DNA from: Veleropilina oligotropha
Lineage: Eukaryota
Direction: 5' to 3'
Assembly: GCA_048128005.1 (NCBI GenBank)
Contig: JBEUKZ010000104.1
Coordinates: 310,001-351,495, forward strand
DNA: 41,495 nt
The notes below the pieces were generated by a model. It was not told the origin of the DNA, made no database searches, and saw only the letters and a program-made list of their open reading frames with translations. Position 1 is the stretch's first letter. Each line of letters starts with the position of its first letter. Both the position numbers and the translations under genes were made by a program. Below are positions 11,184-20,847 of the stretch, in pieces.

Positions 11184-11965
11184 CCGATGGGTCGGTTTTA
11201 GTGATTGTGACTCGCGTGGTTAACGCTCCGACAGTGGCAGAGAACTTCGCTTTTACCTTCATATCATCTCCCCTTGCGGAACGCATTAACGCGGGAGACG
11301 GGAAAGTGCTCCGAACTCGGTTCTCATTCCGATGGGTCGGTGTTAGTGATTGGTATTCGCGTGGTTAACGTCCAACAGCAGCAGAGAACTTCGCTTTTAA
11401 CTTCATATCATCTCCCCTTGCAGAACGCATTGACGCGGGAGACGGGAAAGTGCCCCGAACTCGGTTCTCATTCCGATGGGTCGGTGTTCGTGCCCGAAAC
11501 TCGCGTGGTTAACGTCCAACAGCGGCAGAGAACTTCGCTTTTACCTTCATATCATCTCCCCTTGCGGAACGCATTGACGCGGGAGACGGGAAAGTGCCCC
11601 GAACTCGGTTCTCGTTCCGATGGGTCGGTGTTAGTGCTCGGGACTCGCGTGATTAACGTCCAACAGCGGCAGAGAACTTCGCTTTTACCTTCATATCATC
11701 TCCCCTTGCGGAACGCATTGACGTGGGAGATATGAAAGTGCCCCGAACTCGGTTCCGATTCCGATGGGTCGGTTTTAGTGATTGGCATTCGCGAAGTTAA
11801 CTTCCGACAGCGGCAGATAACTTCGCTTTTACCTTCATATCATCTCCCCTTGCCGAACGCATTGACGTGGGAAATATGAAAGTGCGCCGAAATCGGTTCT
11901 GATTCCGGATGGGTCGGTTTTAGTGCCCGAAACTCGCATGGTTAATGCTCCGACAGCGACAGATA
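11184..11965. repeat. 144-bp tandem repeat, ~5.4 copies
   Basis: CCGATGGGTCGG at 11184, 11329, 11473, 11617, 11761 and a variant near 11906. Confidence 0.95.
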
Positions 11966-12025
11966 ACTACATTATCATGGCCACGCACAATGAACGAGAA
12001 ACAAATAATTAAATAAACGTATTTA

Positions 12026-12604
12026 TTAATTTAATACTTCCATCTTCATTATGTTGTGCATCAAATCATTGCGCCCAATTGATTTCAGAGCGGCAATCAA
12101 TGTTCCCTTTTTGTCGCACCCAGAATAACTTTTAGACCAAATCTCTAGACTCGCATGGATTTGTTCGCGCATACAGCGGTAATGATCGTGTACGCAACCA
12201 TCAATTGTTGCCTCGTCCACTTTCAATTCCCGAGCAAGCCAGCGCCATTCGCGTCCGATGTTTTTTTCAACGACATTCATTACTCTATCAAATGATTTTT
12301 GCGCCGCAATTCTATGCACACACCCGCTGGTGTAATGTGAGACAATAGTAAGTAGAGATGCACGACCGCCGGAGGCTTCAACAACCATATCTTTAAGATC
12401 CTCAATGTCGTTTTCCGCCACAAATTCTATTTCTTTAAACACTGCGAACAATTTTACGAACGTATTTAGAGATTCCATTTTCTTTTTGGTTATGGTTTTC
12501 GGAGATAACAATCGAACACGCTGAAATTCGGCGGGTGTTAGAACTAGGTCGAGTTTCGTGGCGAGAATATCCATAACTGCAATATTTTGCTTACTACTTC
12601 TCAT
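12026..12604 (-). CDS. FADD: FADD-like adaptor (death effector domain + death domain), intronless
   Basis: DED-like MDILATKLDLVLTPAEFQRVRLL..ITKKKMESLNTFVKLF..RASLL; death domain NVVEKNIGREWRWLARELKVDEATID..EQIHASLEIW..LIAALKSIGRNDL resembles FADD; ATG at 12604 or 12574; AATAAA at the stop. Confidence 0.85.
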   Translation of the reverse strand: MRSSKQNIAVMDILATKLDLVLTPAEFQRVRLLSPKTITKKKMESLNTFVKLFAVFKEIEFVAENDIEDLKDMVVEASGGRASLLTIVSHYTSGCVHRIAAQKSFDRVMNVVEKNIGREWRWLARELKVDEATIDGCVHDHYRCMREQIHASLEIWSKSYSGCDKKGTLIAALKSIGRNDLMHNIMKMEVLN

Positions 12605-12828
12605 CGAAGGAGTTGGGGCTTTTATAATGATTCCAACAAACAAACAACGCTCCGTGTTATTCCCGCAACTCTGCTCGGTTTTCAGGGGAAATGGGTCAAG
12701 AAATAGGGAATTAAATGCAAGAGAAAGTTATGGTTTATTTCTTATATTCTTCATTGCTCCTTCGCCCCGAAAGTTCGGTCGAAACTTCAGCCCGAATCTT
12801 CGCCCAGAAAGTTCGGCTCGAATCTTCT

Positions 12829-13131
12829 GTGGAATTGAATTAGGTCAATTTCGCGAGCCGGAACTGTCGGTGCTAGAAGGTAATAGAGTTTGTGCACTTC
12901 TCGACTAGACGCAATATGTAGCTTCAGCTTTAAATTGCTACCGTTTTTGTGAAGTTTCGGGGCGAAGTTTCTGGCCGCGAAGATTCGGGGCGAAGTTTCT
13001 GGCCGAAGGTACTGGAGATTCATGTAGATCCAATCTGTGCGAAGCGTAAATTTATAACTTCCTGTTGTTGTTTAATCACGGCGCAACTTTCGTCCCGAAA
13101 TAACGAGTCGGAAATGAAATATTTATTCGCC
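12829..13131 (-). promoter_or_regulatory. Promoter-like cassette (blocks A and B) upstream of the FADD-like gene
   Basis: 12829-12948 is the reverse complement of 15249-15366; 13029-13131 is the reverse complement of 15803-15905 and includes TATAAA (13051-13056, minus). Confidence 0.6.
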
Positions 13132-13144
13132 ATGAATATAGCTT

Positions 13145-13311
13145 ATTGAAAAAATGTCGTAGATCGTTTTCATAGCATCTCGTTTATCCGCAGTAAGTAC
13201 ATTTCTGCTGTGAAATTTTACAAACCGAAACAGAGGAAAAATGTCCACTTTTCCAAACCGTGCGTTAAACTCCGGCCACCAATTGTAGGTGGGCATGTTA
13301 AGTATTAGCAT
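13145..13311 (-). pseudogene. Truncated paralog of the N-terminal domain of the 13901 ORF
   Basis: EFNARFGKVDIFPLFRFVKFHSRNVLTADKRDAMKTIYDIFS aligns ungapped with ELNVCLGKAEIYPLLRHVKYHSGSLLTSNEKEAMKTVHNMFS. Confidence 0.7.
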
Positions 13312-13870
13312 TATTAAATTTCTCCAACATCAGACGATTTGAGCTCCGCGCACATTAGATTTCCACGTTAAACGGGAGAGTCTCTAATAAATGCATTGAA
13401 ATAGTTAATAGTTACCGCATGGCTTATAGGGCTTAATGCTTTACATATTTTGTCATGGATAATCTTCACCATTGTTTCGGCGAGCTTTCTATGTAAATGG
13501 ATATGATTTATACACACACACATATATATATGTTTGTGTGTTCAATCTTACATTTACTAGTTTCATTACCTTTAGACACAAAAGATTAACGCTAGAATAC
13601 TTGATGTTTACAATTTAGCCCCACAATAGATATGCGGTCTTTTGAAATAAGAGTTCTCCATTGTATCATGCCGGTTACCAGTAGCGACAACTAATAAATT
13701 CCAATCGGTCTTTTCGGGGTGCAATTATCACCTCGATTATTGCGAGCCCGGACGTAATGTGAGTGAGTACACATGCCATTTAGGTTTTCCTAAACAGCAG
13801 CATCGAACGAGTTGACCTAAAACGAACGAATGGATATACTAATGGCCGATTATATATGTTAAACCGTGTG

Positions 13871-15019
13871 ATGGAGATAAATTAAATTGAGTGTCACACA
13901 TTGCATTCCGTGTGGGTAACTGCACTGAGTGCTGTCGAAAGAATCGTGAACATTATTATTGATGAAAATTCAGAACTTAACGTGTGTTTGGGAAAGGCGG
14001 AAATTTACCCCCTACTTCGGCATGTTAAATATCATTCTGGAAGTCTACTTACTTCGAATGAAAAAGAGGCCATGAAGACGGTACACAACATGTTCTCTGG
14101 TGCAATGCTACCATCGAAGCCGGCCATTTTACAAAGCGAATTATGGGGTGAACGATACGTCCGCGAAGCAACGGTTGGCTTCTCAAACTACATGATTTTC
14201 TTTTTCGCAAACATTATCACCTCACCAAAAGGAGTAATGGTTCTATCTGCAAAAACGGACAGTGAAAACACGGACTGCCAAGACGATTTGTTGTCTCACA
14301 TATTTGGCTGTATGGACGACATTAATCGTTGGATTGGTTTTTTCGTGCTACGAATAATGGAATCGGGCGGAGGGGCCCAATGTCTGGACGAGGACAATAA
14401 ATGCATAATATGTTTAGCCAGCGAGATCGGCGTTTTCGGCTTGAACAATTGCATGTGAAATATTGTCGCGCATGTATTATGTTGATACACAACTGTCCCC
14501 ACTGTAAAACTCCAAAGTGTGGTACCACCCCCCGGGGATGACGCTCCCCCACCACCCCCGACACCTCTCGAGGATGACGCTCCGCCCCCACCGGATTACC
14601 CGGCCACGTACGTGGATCGAACCGATGGTGATTATTTGCCTCCCGAGGACATATCCATCCCCTCGCCGCGAAGAATTTTACGACGCCACCGCACACGTGA
14701 CGAAGCGGACCCCGCCCCAGGGGACGATACCCTACCGGATATCGCCATGAGGGACGATACTCTACCGGACAGCGAATCCGCCCCAGACTCCCCGCAGTCA
14801 CAACGGACTCAATCGACCACCGTGGATGTATGTTTATTTCTGGCGTCATTGGCAAACTTAAGGCATACGTTCGATCGTGCTTTGGAAACCTTTGAAGAGA
14901 ACATAAGTTTACCAATTATTACACGGCGCTCATGGCGCCATAGATCACGCGAGGTGCATAGGAACTACACCTCAACCCGCTATGAGGGAACAGTGATTCC
15001 GCGAAGAGACAGACGGTAG
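13871..15019 (+). pseudogene. Disrupted RING-finger gene with Pro/acidic C-terminal tail
   Basis: CIICLASEIGVFGLNNCM then frameshift at ~14457 to KYCRACIMLIHNCPHCK completes a RING; Pro/Asp-rich ORF 14519-15019 follows; in-frame stop at 13883. Confidence 0.7.
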
Positions 15020-15248
15020 TTTATATTTCGTTACTGTTTACTATTCCAAATTTGCTAGCATTAATACCCAAATGCTAGCAAAAAATGCAATACAATGTAT
15101 CATTTATGTTAATATATGCCTAATAATTTGAACTTATTTTGTTGTTACTATTGTATTCGTTTAGATTAACGCCATTTATTATTGAGTTAATTTGTTATTA
15201 TGTGGAAATATGGGCCTTCGATGCACCCATTCCCTCTGTGTTGGAAGA

Positions 15249-15905
15249 AAAAACGGTAGTAATTTAAAGCTGAAGCTACATATTGCGTCTAGCCGACGTG
15301 CACAAACTCGATTACCTTCTAGTACCGAAAGTTCCGGCTCGCGAAATTGACCTAATTCAATTCCACGGTGTAGATCTGTATTCATAATAAATTCACAATA
15401 ATATTAAAGCATATTTCACGGTGAAAAAATATTTCATTTCCGACTCGTTATTGCGGGACGAAAGTTGCGCCGTGATTAAACGACAACGCTAGCAAATTTG
15501 GAACAGTAAACGAAATATAAACTATCGTAAATTTATAAGTTCCTCATTGGTTTCGTTGTTCGAGAATTGTTAGTTATATGGCGGAACGTGCTGGTCGAAG
15601 TAACTTTCTGGTCGAAGTAACTTTCTGCTCGAAGTAACTTTCTGGTCGAGAATTGTTAGTTATACGGCGTAGAACAAAACACCGTTTATTATGACAAATT
15701 TGATTACCTCCTAGCACCGAAAGTTCAGGCTTGCGAAATTGACCTAATTCAATTCCACAGTGTAGATCTGTATTCATAACAGATTCACAACAATTATTAC
15801 TCGGCGAATAAATATTTCATTTTCCGACTCGTTATTGCGGGACGAAAGTTGCGCCGTGATTAAACAACAACAGGAACTTATAAATTTACGCTTCGCACAG
15901 ATTGG
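15249..15905 (+). promoter_or_regulatory. Duplicated promoter-like cassette (A-B, short repeats, A'-B) upstream of the 512-aa gene
   Basis: 15311-15488 directly repeated at 15702-15868; 17-bp tcgaagtaactttctgg repeats between; TATAAA at 15879, 61 bp before the ATG. Confidence 0.6.
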
Positions 15906-15939
15906 GTTACAAACAAATTGATAGACGAGTCAGACAAAC

Positions 15940-17478
15940 ATGGAAACCTTTAATTCAAAAGTAAATCCACAAGCGATTTCGGAGCTGCTGTTGGGCGTGG
16001 GTACGACACTAGGCGCGTTAATAGTCTGGGTGCAGACCCACACGGGAAATGAAGAATTGACGACGGCACTAGGAGGCATAGTGCATTACACCGAGTGTAT
16101 TGCGAACCACATGGGCTCTTCGCTTAAACTATCGGACGGGCTGAGAGGAAAAGATTTATTTTACACTCAGAAATCTGGAGGAGATTGTGCGCGAAAAAAT
16201 AAGCTCGAGAAGACCACGAAAAATAAACTCAATCTCACGCTGGATATAATCAAAACTGTTAATACGCAGAATTGGATAAATGAACAGCCGGAAATAGTGG
16301 ACATCAGTCCTGCCAGCGTGAAAGATGGACAACCCGTGTATCCTTCTTGTTTTTTTAATAATGCAGCATTCAACGACGCCGAAAAATCATCACCCGAGAG
16401 CGATATCCACTCGGACGTCGATGTAGCGGAGTTTATGAAAGAACTTGCAACAATAGACTTTATCGCACCCATCTCCGACCCCGCCAAAACTTTCCCACCG
16501 AGGACAGTGACGTCCCACACCGAGGAGATCAGAGATTATGGCATCGTTGCGCCCATTCCATACGCCGAGGAAATTCCCGACTTCGACCTAGAAACATTTT
16601 TGGATACGAACGATCTGGCTCCGCGACAGCCCATAGCAGTTAAACCGTTCGCCGAAATGAAAAAACTGAACGAAGAAAAGAAAAGAAAGTTTTCCAAAAC
16701 TGTGGATACTACTTCCCCCGTGACTAGCACAAAACGGAAAAAAATACGAGAAATGATGAAGAGCGAGCAACAGCGATTAAAATACTTCGGCGAATTATTA
16801 GCCTCTTCGCGGGAAAATATTACTCGCGCTTTCTTACTGAAATATCTCTTGGAGCACGCGCGCACCGACGCCAGTGCGACATTTTCCTGCCTTTGTGAAA
16901 AAGAATCCGCGCCGATTTCCGCGCCCGTTTGTGTGTGCGGGAAAACATTAATTCCTCTTTGCGAAAGTTGTTTCTTGGCGGTGTGTGAATTAGCTAATGT
17001 GCGCGAACCAAAGCCATGGGGCCACATAACGTGCACGCATTGTGAATGTAATATTCTATTTTCTACTTCTGCAAATAAAACAGAATGGTTTTATTGCAAA
17101 GTATACGACGATCGTGTTGCGGGACTGGGGAACATCGACTGTATTAAGATCATGCCGTTTCTTTTCCCTTTGGCCACATGGCGCACGGCGGTCGCCTGCC
17201 CAATCCTGTACGGTGCTTCGGAAAACTACGCCCGTATCATTGAACGAGGGAGCGCAATTACATACCGGCACAAAAAGATGATAAAAAATTCATCCTGCCA
17301 CGCAAAGTCGAGTTGTTCTTCTTCCGCAGAACGGAATAGCAGCTTTAAAGGGGACGCTAATTTACCGTGCGAAATGAACAACCATCCAGAGCAGGATAAT
17401 ATGTCTGGCGCAAAAAGTACCGTAGACCAGTCAGAGGATATTATACGCCAAGCATTCATGTTTGCGAATCAGATGTAA
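15940..17478 (+). CDS. 512-aa intronless protein with acidic region, NLS-like basic tract and RING-variant Cys cluster
   Basis: Long open ORF with TATA upstream and AATAAA at 17527; EEKKRKFSK..KRKK; CLC-x11-CVC-x7-CESC-x20-CTHC (16888-17043). Confidence 0.7.
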   Translation: METFNSKVNPQAISELLLGVGTTLGALIVWVQTHTGNEELTTALGGIVHYTECIANHMGSSLKLSDGLRGKDLFYTQKSGGDCARKNKLEKTTKNKLNLTLDIIKTVNTQNWINEQPEIVDISPASVKDGQPVYPSCFFNNAAFNDAEKSSPESDIHSDVDVAEFMKELATIDFIAPISDPAKTFPPRTVTSHTEEIRDYGIVAPIPYAEEIPDFDLETFLDTNDLAPRQPIAVKPFAEMKKLNEEKKRKFSKTVDTTSPVTSTKRKKIREMMKSEQQRLKYFGELLASSRENITRAFLLKYLLEHARTDASATFSCLCEKESAPISAPVCVCGKTLIPLCESCFLAVCELANVREPKPWGHITCTHCECNILFSTSANKTEWFYCKVYDDRVAGLGNIDCIKIMPFLFPLATWRTAVACPILYGASENYARIIERGSAITYRHKKMIKNSSCHAKSSCSSSAERNSSFKGDANLPCEMNNHPEQDNMSGAKSTVDQSEDIIRQAFMFANQM

Positions 17479-17698
17479 AAAGCATTAATTATATTGAATC
17501 GTATACATATTTGTCATTTGTTATGAAATAAATTTCGCCATTTGCTGCATATGGTTATGTCACATTTAATATTTGTAACAATATAGCGTGTCGTGATTAT
17601 GAGCCTAACGTGTTTGAGCGGCGAGAGTTTTCATATTAAAGAGAATTCTATGGCATAACATATGTGCAATGGAAATTGGTCTTTTGCTTAAACATCGC

Positions 17699-17983
17699 AC
17701 GGGAGGTGCTTTTAGAAAGCGCGGATTTCCTTTTTCCGATGGCTCCGGTGACCAGGACTCGCGTTGTTAATGCCCAGACAGTGGCAGAGATAACTTCACA
17801 TTTACCTCCATATCAACTCTCTTTCTGATTCCGATGGGTCTGCTCCGGTGACCGGGACTCGCGCGCTTAATGTCTAGACAGCGGCAGGTAACTCCGCATT
17901 TACCTCTCCTTATGGAAAGTAAATGCGTAGTTATCTGACGCTGTCTGGACATTAAGCGCGCGAGTTCCGGTCACCGGAGCAGA
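17699..17983. repeat. Diverged copies of the 144-bp repeat family forming a ~65-bp-arm hairpin
   Basis: tttccgatgg..gactcgcg..ttaa..cagtggcagag..tttacc.ccatatca shared with 11184 units; inverted arms 17839-17903 and 17919-17983. Confidence 0.8.
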
Positions 17984-18055
17984 ATGCATCTAGCCCACGA
18001 CGAGCCGTAAACATCATTTCCAGATCATAATTTGTGGTTGCCTCACCGGCCATTA

Positions 18056-18451
18056 ATGTACCACACAGGCCTACAACGAGATGTGCATACACAGACCATG
18101 GATCGAAATTTCCACTCCCCACTGCATATTAAGGTGAAAGTGAAAAATATTGCCAACAACCAGTTCCAATATTCATCTGAACGGCTGTGGAGTCGAGGGC
18201 GATAAGAAATTGAGGCGAGATTGCGCCGTGACACAACAGAGACTCTTGTAGAGAGAGATAATTGGGCTGAATTCACAATATTAGAACAGTTTGATGACAG
18301 GTCTGCCAATCCATTGATCGACGGGCAACCGATTACCACAAATATGACGTCACGTAAAATTAGATTCAAATTCACTGGCTTGTTTCCGCTGACGCGAACA
18401 GTAGTGGAATCGACACCCGGCCGAGGCAGCATACATTTGGTCAAGTTATGA
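18056..18451 (+). pseudogene. Unidentified ORF remnant (~130 codons, one internal stop)
   Basis: Same frame from ATG 18056 through a single TAA near 18203 into ORF 18221-18451; no family recognised. Confidence 0.3.
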
Positions 18452-18774
18452 AGCACAGTTGTCCTTGACTGGCCGAAGAGGGGGTGGGTTTACCCGACGA
18501 CCGGGGTTTCCTCCCGCGATAACACGGACATATCCTGCCTTGAACCTCGATGTTATAAATATACAGGAGGACATTAAGCATAATTCCTCCTCATCCATCG
18601 TATATTTTTAACTTTGTTTTTTTACCCGCGTCTAATGTACAGAGAAAATTGAAAAATGTTTGGTGATGGGCGAGAAATTACCAGGTTTTCGGCCGAACTG
18701 CGTGGCAAATTACAAACTGTGTGTGTGCGTGTGTGAAAAAAGCTACACAGAAATCGATCAAAGTATTAAAATTT

Positions 18775-19507
18775 TTAATTAGTCCCACCAAAAGCAAAAT
18801 TGCAAGGTGTGGGCATATTGTTATGCCACCGGGGCCACGTTCTCCGGCACGGCCAGCAAACGCTGCGATTACAGCAAACGTAGAGCATTAAGGCCTCTGG
18901 CCGGTGAGTGAGCGCACAGTCGCAGCAGACACCCGTTTTTGCTGCGGAGCCGTCGCTTGTTAGGTAGCGTTGACGGCGGAGCTTCCTAAAAAAACAAATA
19001 TTATATATATTACATAGTCCGACACACACACGCAAATTTAGGGGTTAATAATAATCTTTATTTCACCTCGATGACCTTCGTAGGTGAAACACCGATTTTC
19101 ACAAGGGTCGAGTACAAATAACGAAGAAAGATATATACATTGATAAAATTACATAAATATAAAATACGGCACATATAAAAGACAGTTAATTTACTAAAAT
19201 TAGTAAATGCACACATATGAAAGATAGTTCAGTGAGATAAAACGTTGGTAAATAGCTTGAAATAAAAGTCCTGACAATTTTCGAACGTTTTCGCAATTTT
19301 TAATGCTTTGTGACAATGCATTATATAAACTAGGCCCCATAATTCTAAATGATCGCAATTTCCCCATATTGTATTACAGTAATCAAAATATGGTAAAACA
19401 AAACTATTATAAAACTGTTTTGTGGAGATGCGTACGTACCGTGGGGGGCGCGAGACGCTCGACGTGGCAACGGCGACCTTCTTCTGGGCAGTTTTATTGT
19501 TGTTTTT
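18775..19507 (-). CDS. 3' part of a spliced gene ending in a Cys-rich putative Zn-binding domain
   Basis: Exons 19440-19507 (ttttcag|...cg|gtacgt) and 18775-18985 (ttttag|g) join in frame: KNNNKTAQKK..RPPRKLRRQRY..VCCDC..VCCNRSVCWPCRRTWPRWH; upstream exon not identified. Confidence 0.5.
19046..19415 (-). mobile_element. 5'-truncated CR1/L2-group LINE fragment inside the intron
   Basis: FYNSFVLPYFDYCNTIWGNC post-RT motif; 3' end gaaataaagattattatta with short tandem tail. Confidence 0.7.
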
Positions 19508-20215
19508 CTGAAAATAGTTAAAATTGATCGTCAACGGAATCGAATCTTATTTGTGGCGACCGAAAGTCTTGATGTTAATTGCCGCACTTGGGGGTGGATT
19601 GAGGACACGTTAATGCTGTTCAAAGTGGTTTATTGTCGCATCAATCAACTCAAATCAGTACAGATCAGATCAGATTAACTGAAATATATTGATACAGAAA
19701 CATAAGCTTATAGCCAACTAAAGCTATATTTTAGATATCATATTGTTGTAATGTTGAATAATGAATATTATAACCAACATTAAGCTTAATAACTAGTAAC
19801 TAACTGTACGAACATATTAATCAACACGACGGAGGACTTGATCCATAACACCTCAATAACTGTTTACTCAGGCTAGATGTACTCAACAAGAATATGACAT
19901 AAATAATAGACTAACTACATAATAAGTAACCCAAACCATAATATCTAGGCTCGCGGCATGCCTAAAACATGACATATCATAGTCACATACAATACTTAAT
20001 AAAGCAACAGGATACCTTTAAATAAACTATAAACACGTGTCTTTACTAAATACGCCGTTACGGTAAGTAATTGTCCCTTTGACATAAAAGACTACTATGA
20101 CTGTAAGCATATCATAATTATAATATGTATCAACATTTATAGACCAACGTACCGTTTTATGGACCTCTATGCCTGATTTAGCATTGGGAGCTGCCGTAGC
20201 CCCTTACACCGTAAC

Positions 20216-20318
20216 GCGTGACTTGTCGTTCGTCTATCGTTAGCACCTGAGGTATCTGAGGCACCTGAGGTATCAGCGCATAACGCGAGTCATACTTACC
20301 GGCCCCGCTAACACAACA
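20216..20318 (+). repeat. 5' LTR (5'-truncated, with 18-bp internal duplication)
   Basis: Matches 32771-32855 apart from an 18-bp insertion and a substitution. Confidence 0.9.
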
Positions 20319-20495
20319 TGGTGTCAGAATAATCACGAACTGTAGAACACGTCTACGTAAATACAGGCGACAAGCGCAGATGCTTTACGAAATCCACGGT
20401 AAGACTAAAAGTTATCGAAATTTGCAAGCCAAACACGTGTAGCTGAAGGACACTGAAAGTAACGTCCGGAGAACGGCTAAGACACACGGCCCAAA

Positions 20496-20847
20496 ATGAA
20501 TAACTATCAAGTCAGTACACCTGAAAAGTTTAATTGTAAACAACCTGCCGACTGGCCAAAATGGATAAGAAGGTTCGAGAGGTTTAGAATCGCATCTAAC
20601 CTACATGAACAACCGGAAGAGAACCAAGTAAACACGCTAGTTTACACAATGGGCGATGAAGCTGACGACATATTAACGTCATTATGTCTCTCTACCGACG
20701 ATAAAAAAGTATACAACACCGTCAAACAGAAGTTCGAATCGCATTTCGTGAAAAGGAGAAACGTAATCTTCGAAAGAGCGAAATTTAACCGACGTCGACA
20801 GGAAGAAGGTGAGTCGATAGACAGTTACATAACATCCCTATCCTCAC
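20496..20847 (+). pseudogene. gag: Gypsy gag N-terminal part
   Basis: PEKFNCKQPADWPKWIRRFERFRIASNL..FERAKFNRRRQEEGESIDSYITSL; cut by the Mutator TIR. Confidence 0.9.

Noticed and set aside
11274..11735. 153-aa ORF with 48-aa repeats
   Set aside because: Consequence of a 144-bp unit; non-ATG start and stop codons in later units
14322..14915. 197-aa minus-strand ORF, and similar antisense ORFs at 16167-17459 and 22935-25117
   Set aside because: Shadows of the coding strand
10520..19000. Assignment of the island to a specific virus family such as malacoherpesvirus
   Set aside because: No polymerase, terminase or capsid gene is recognisable in the window
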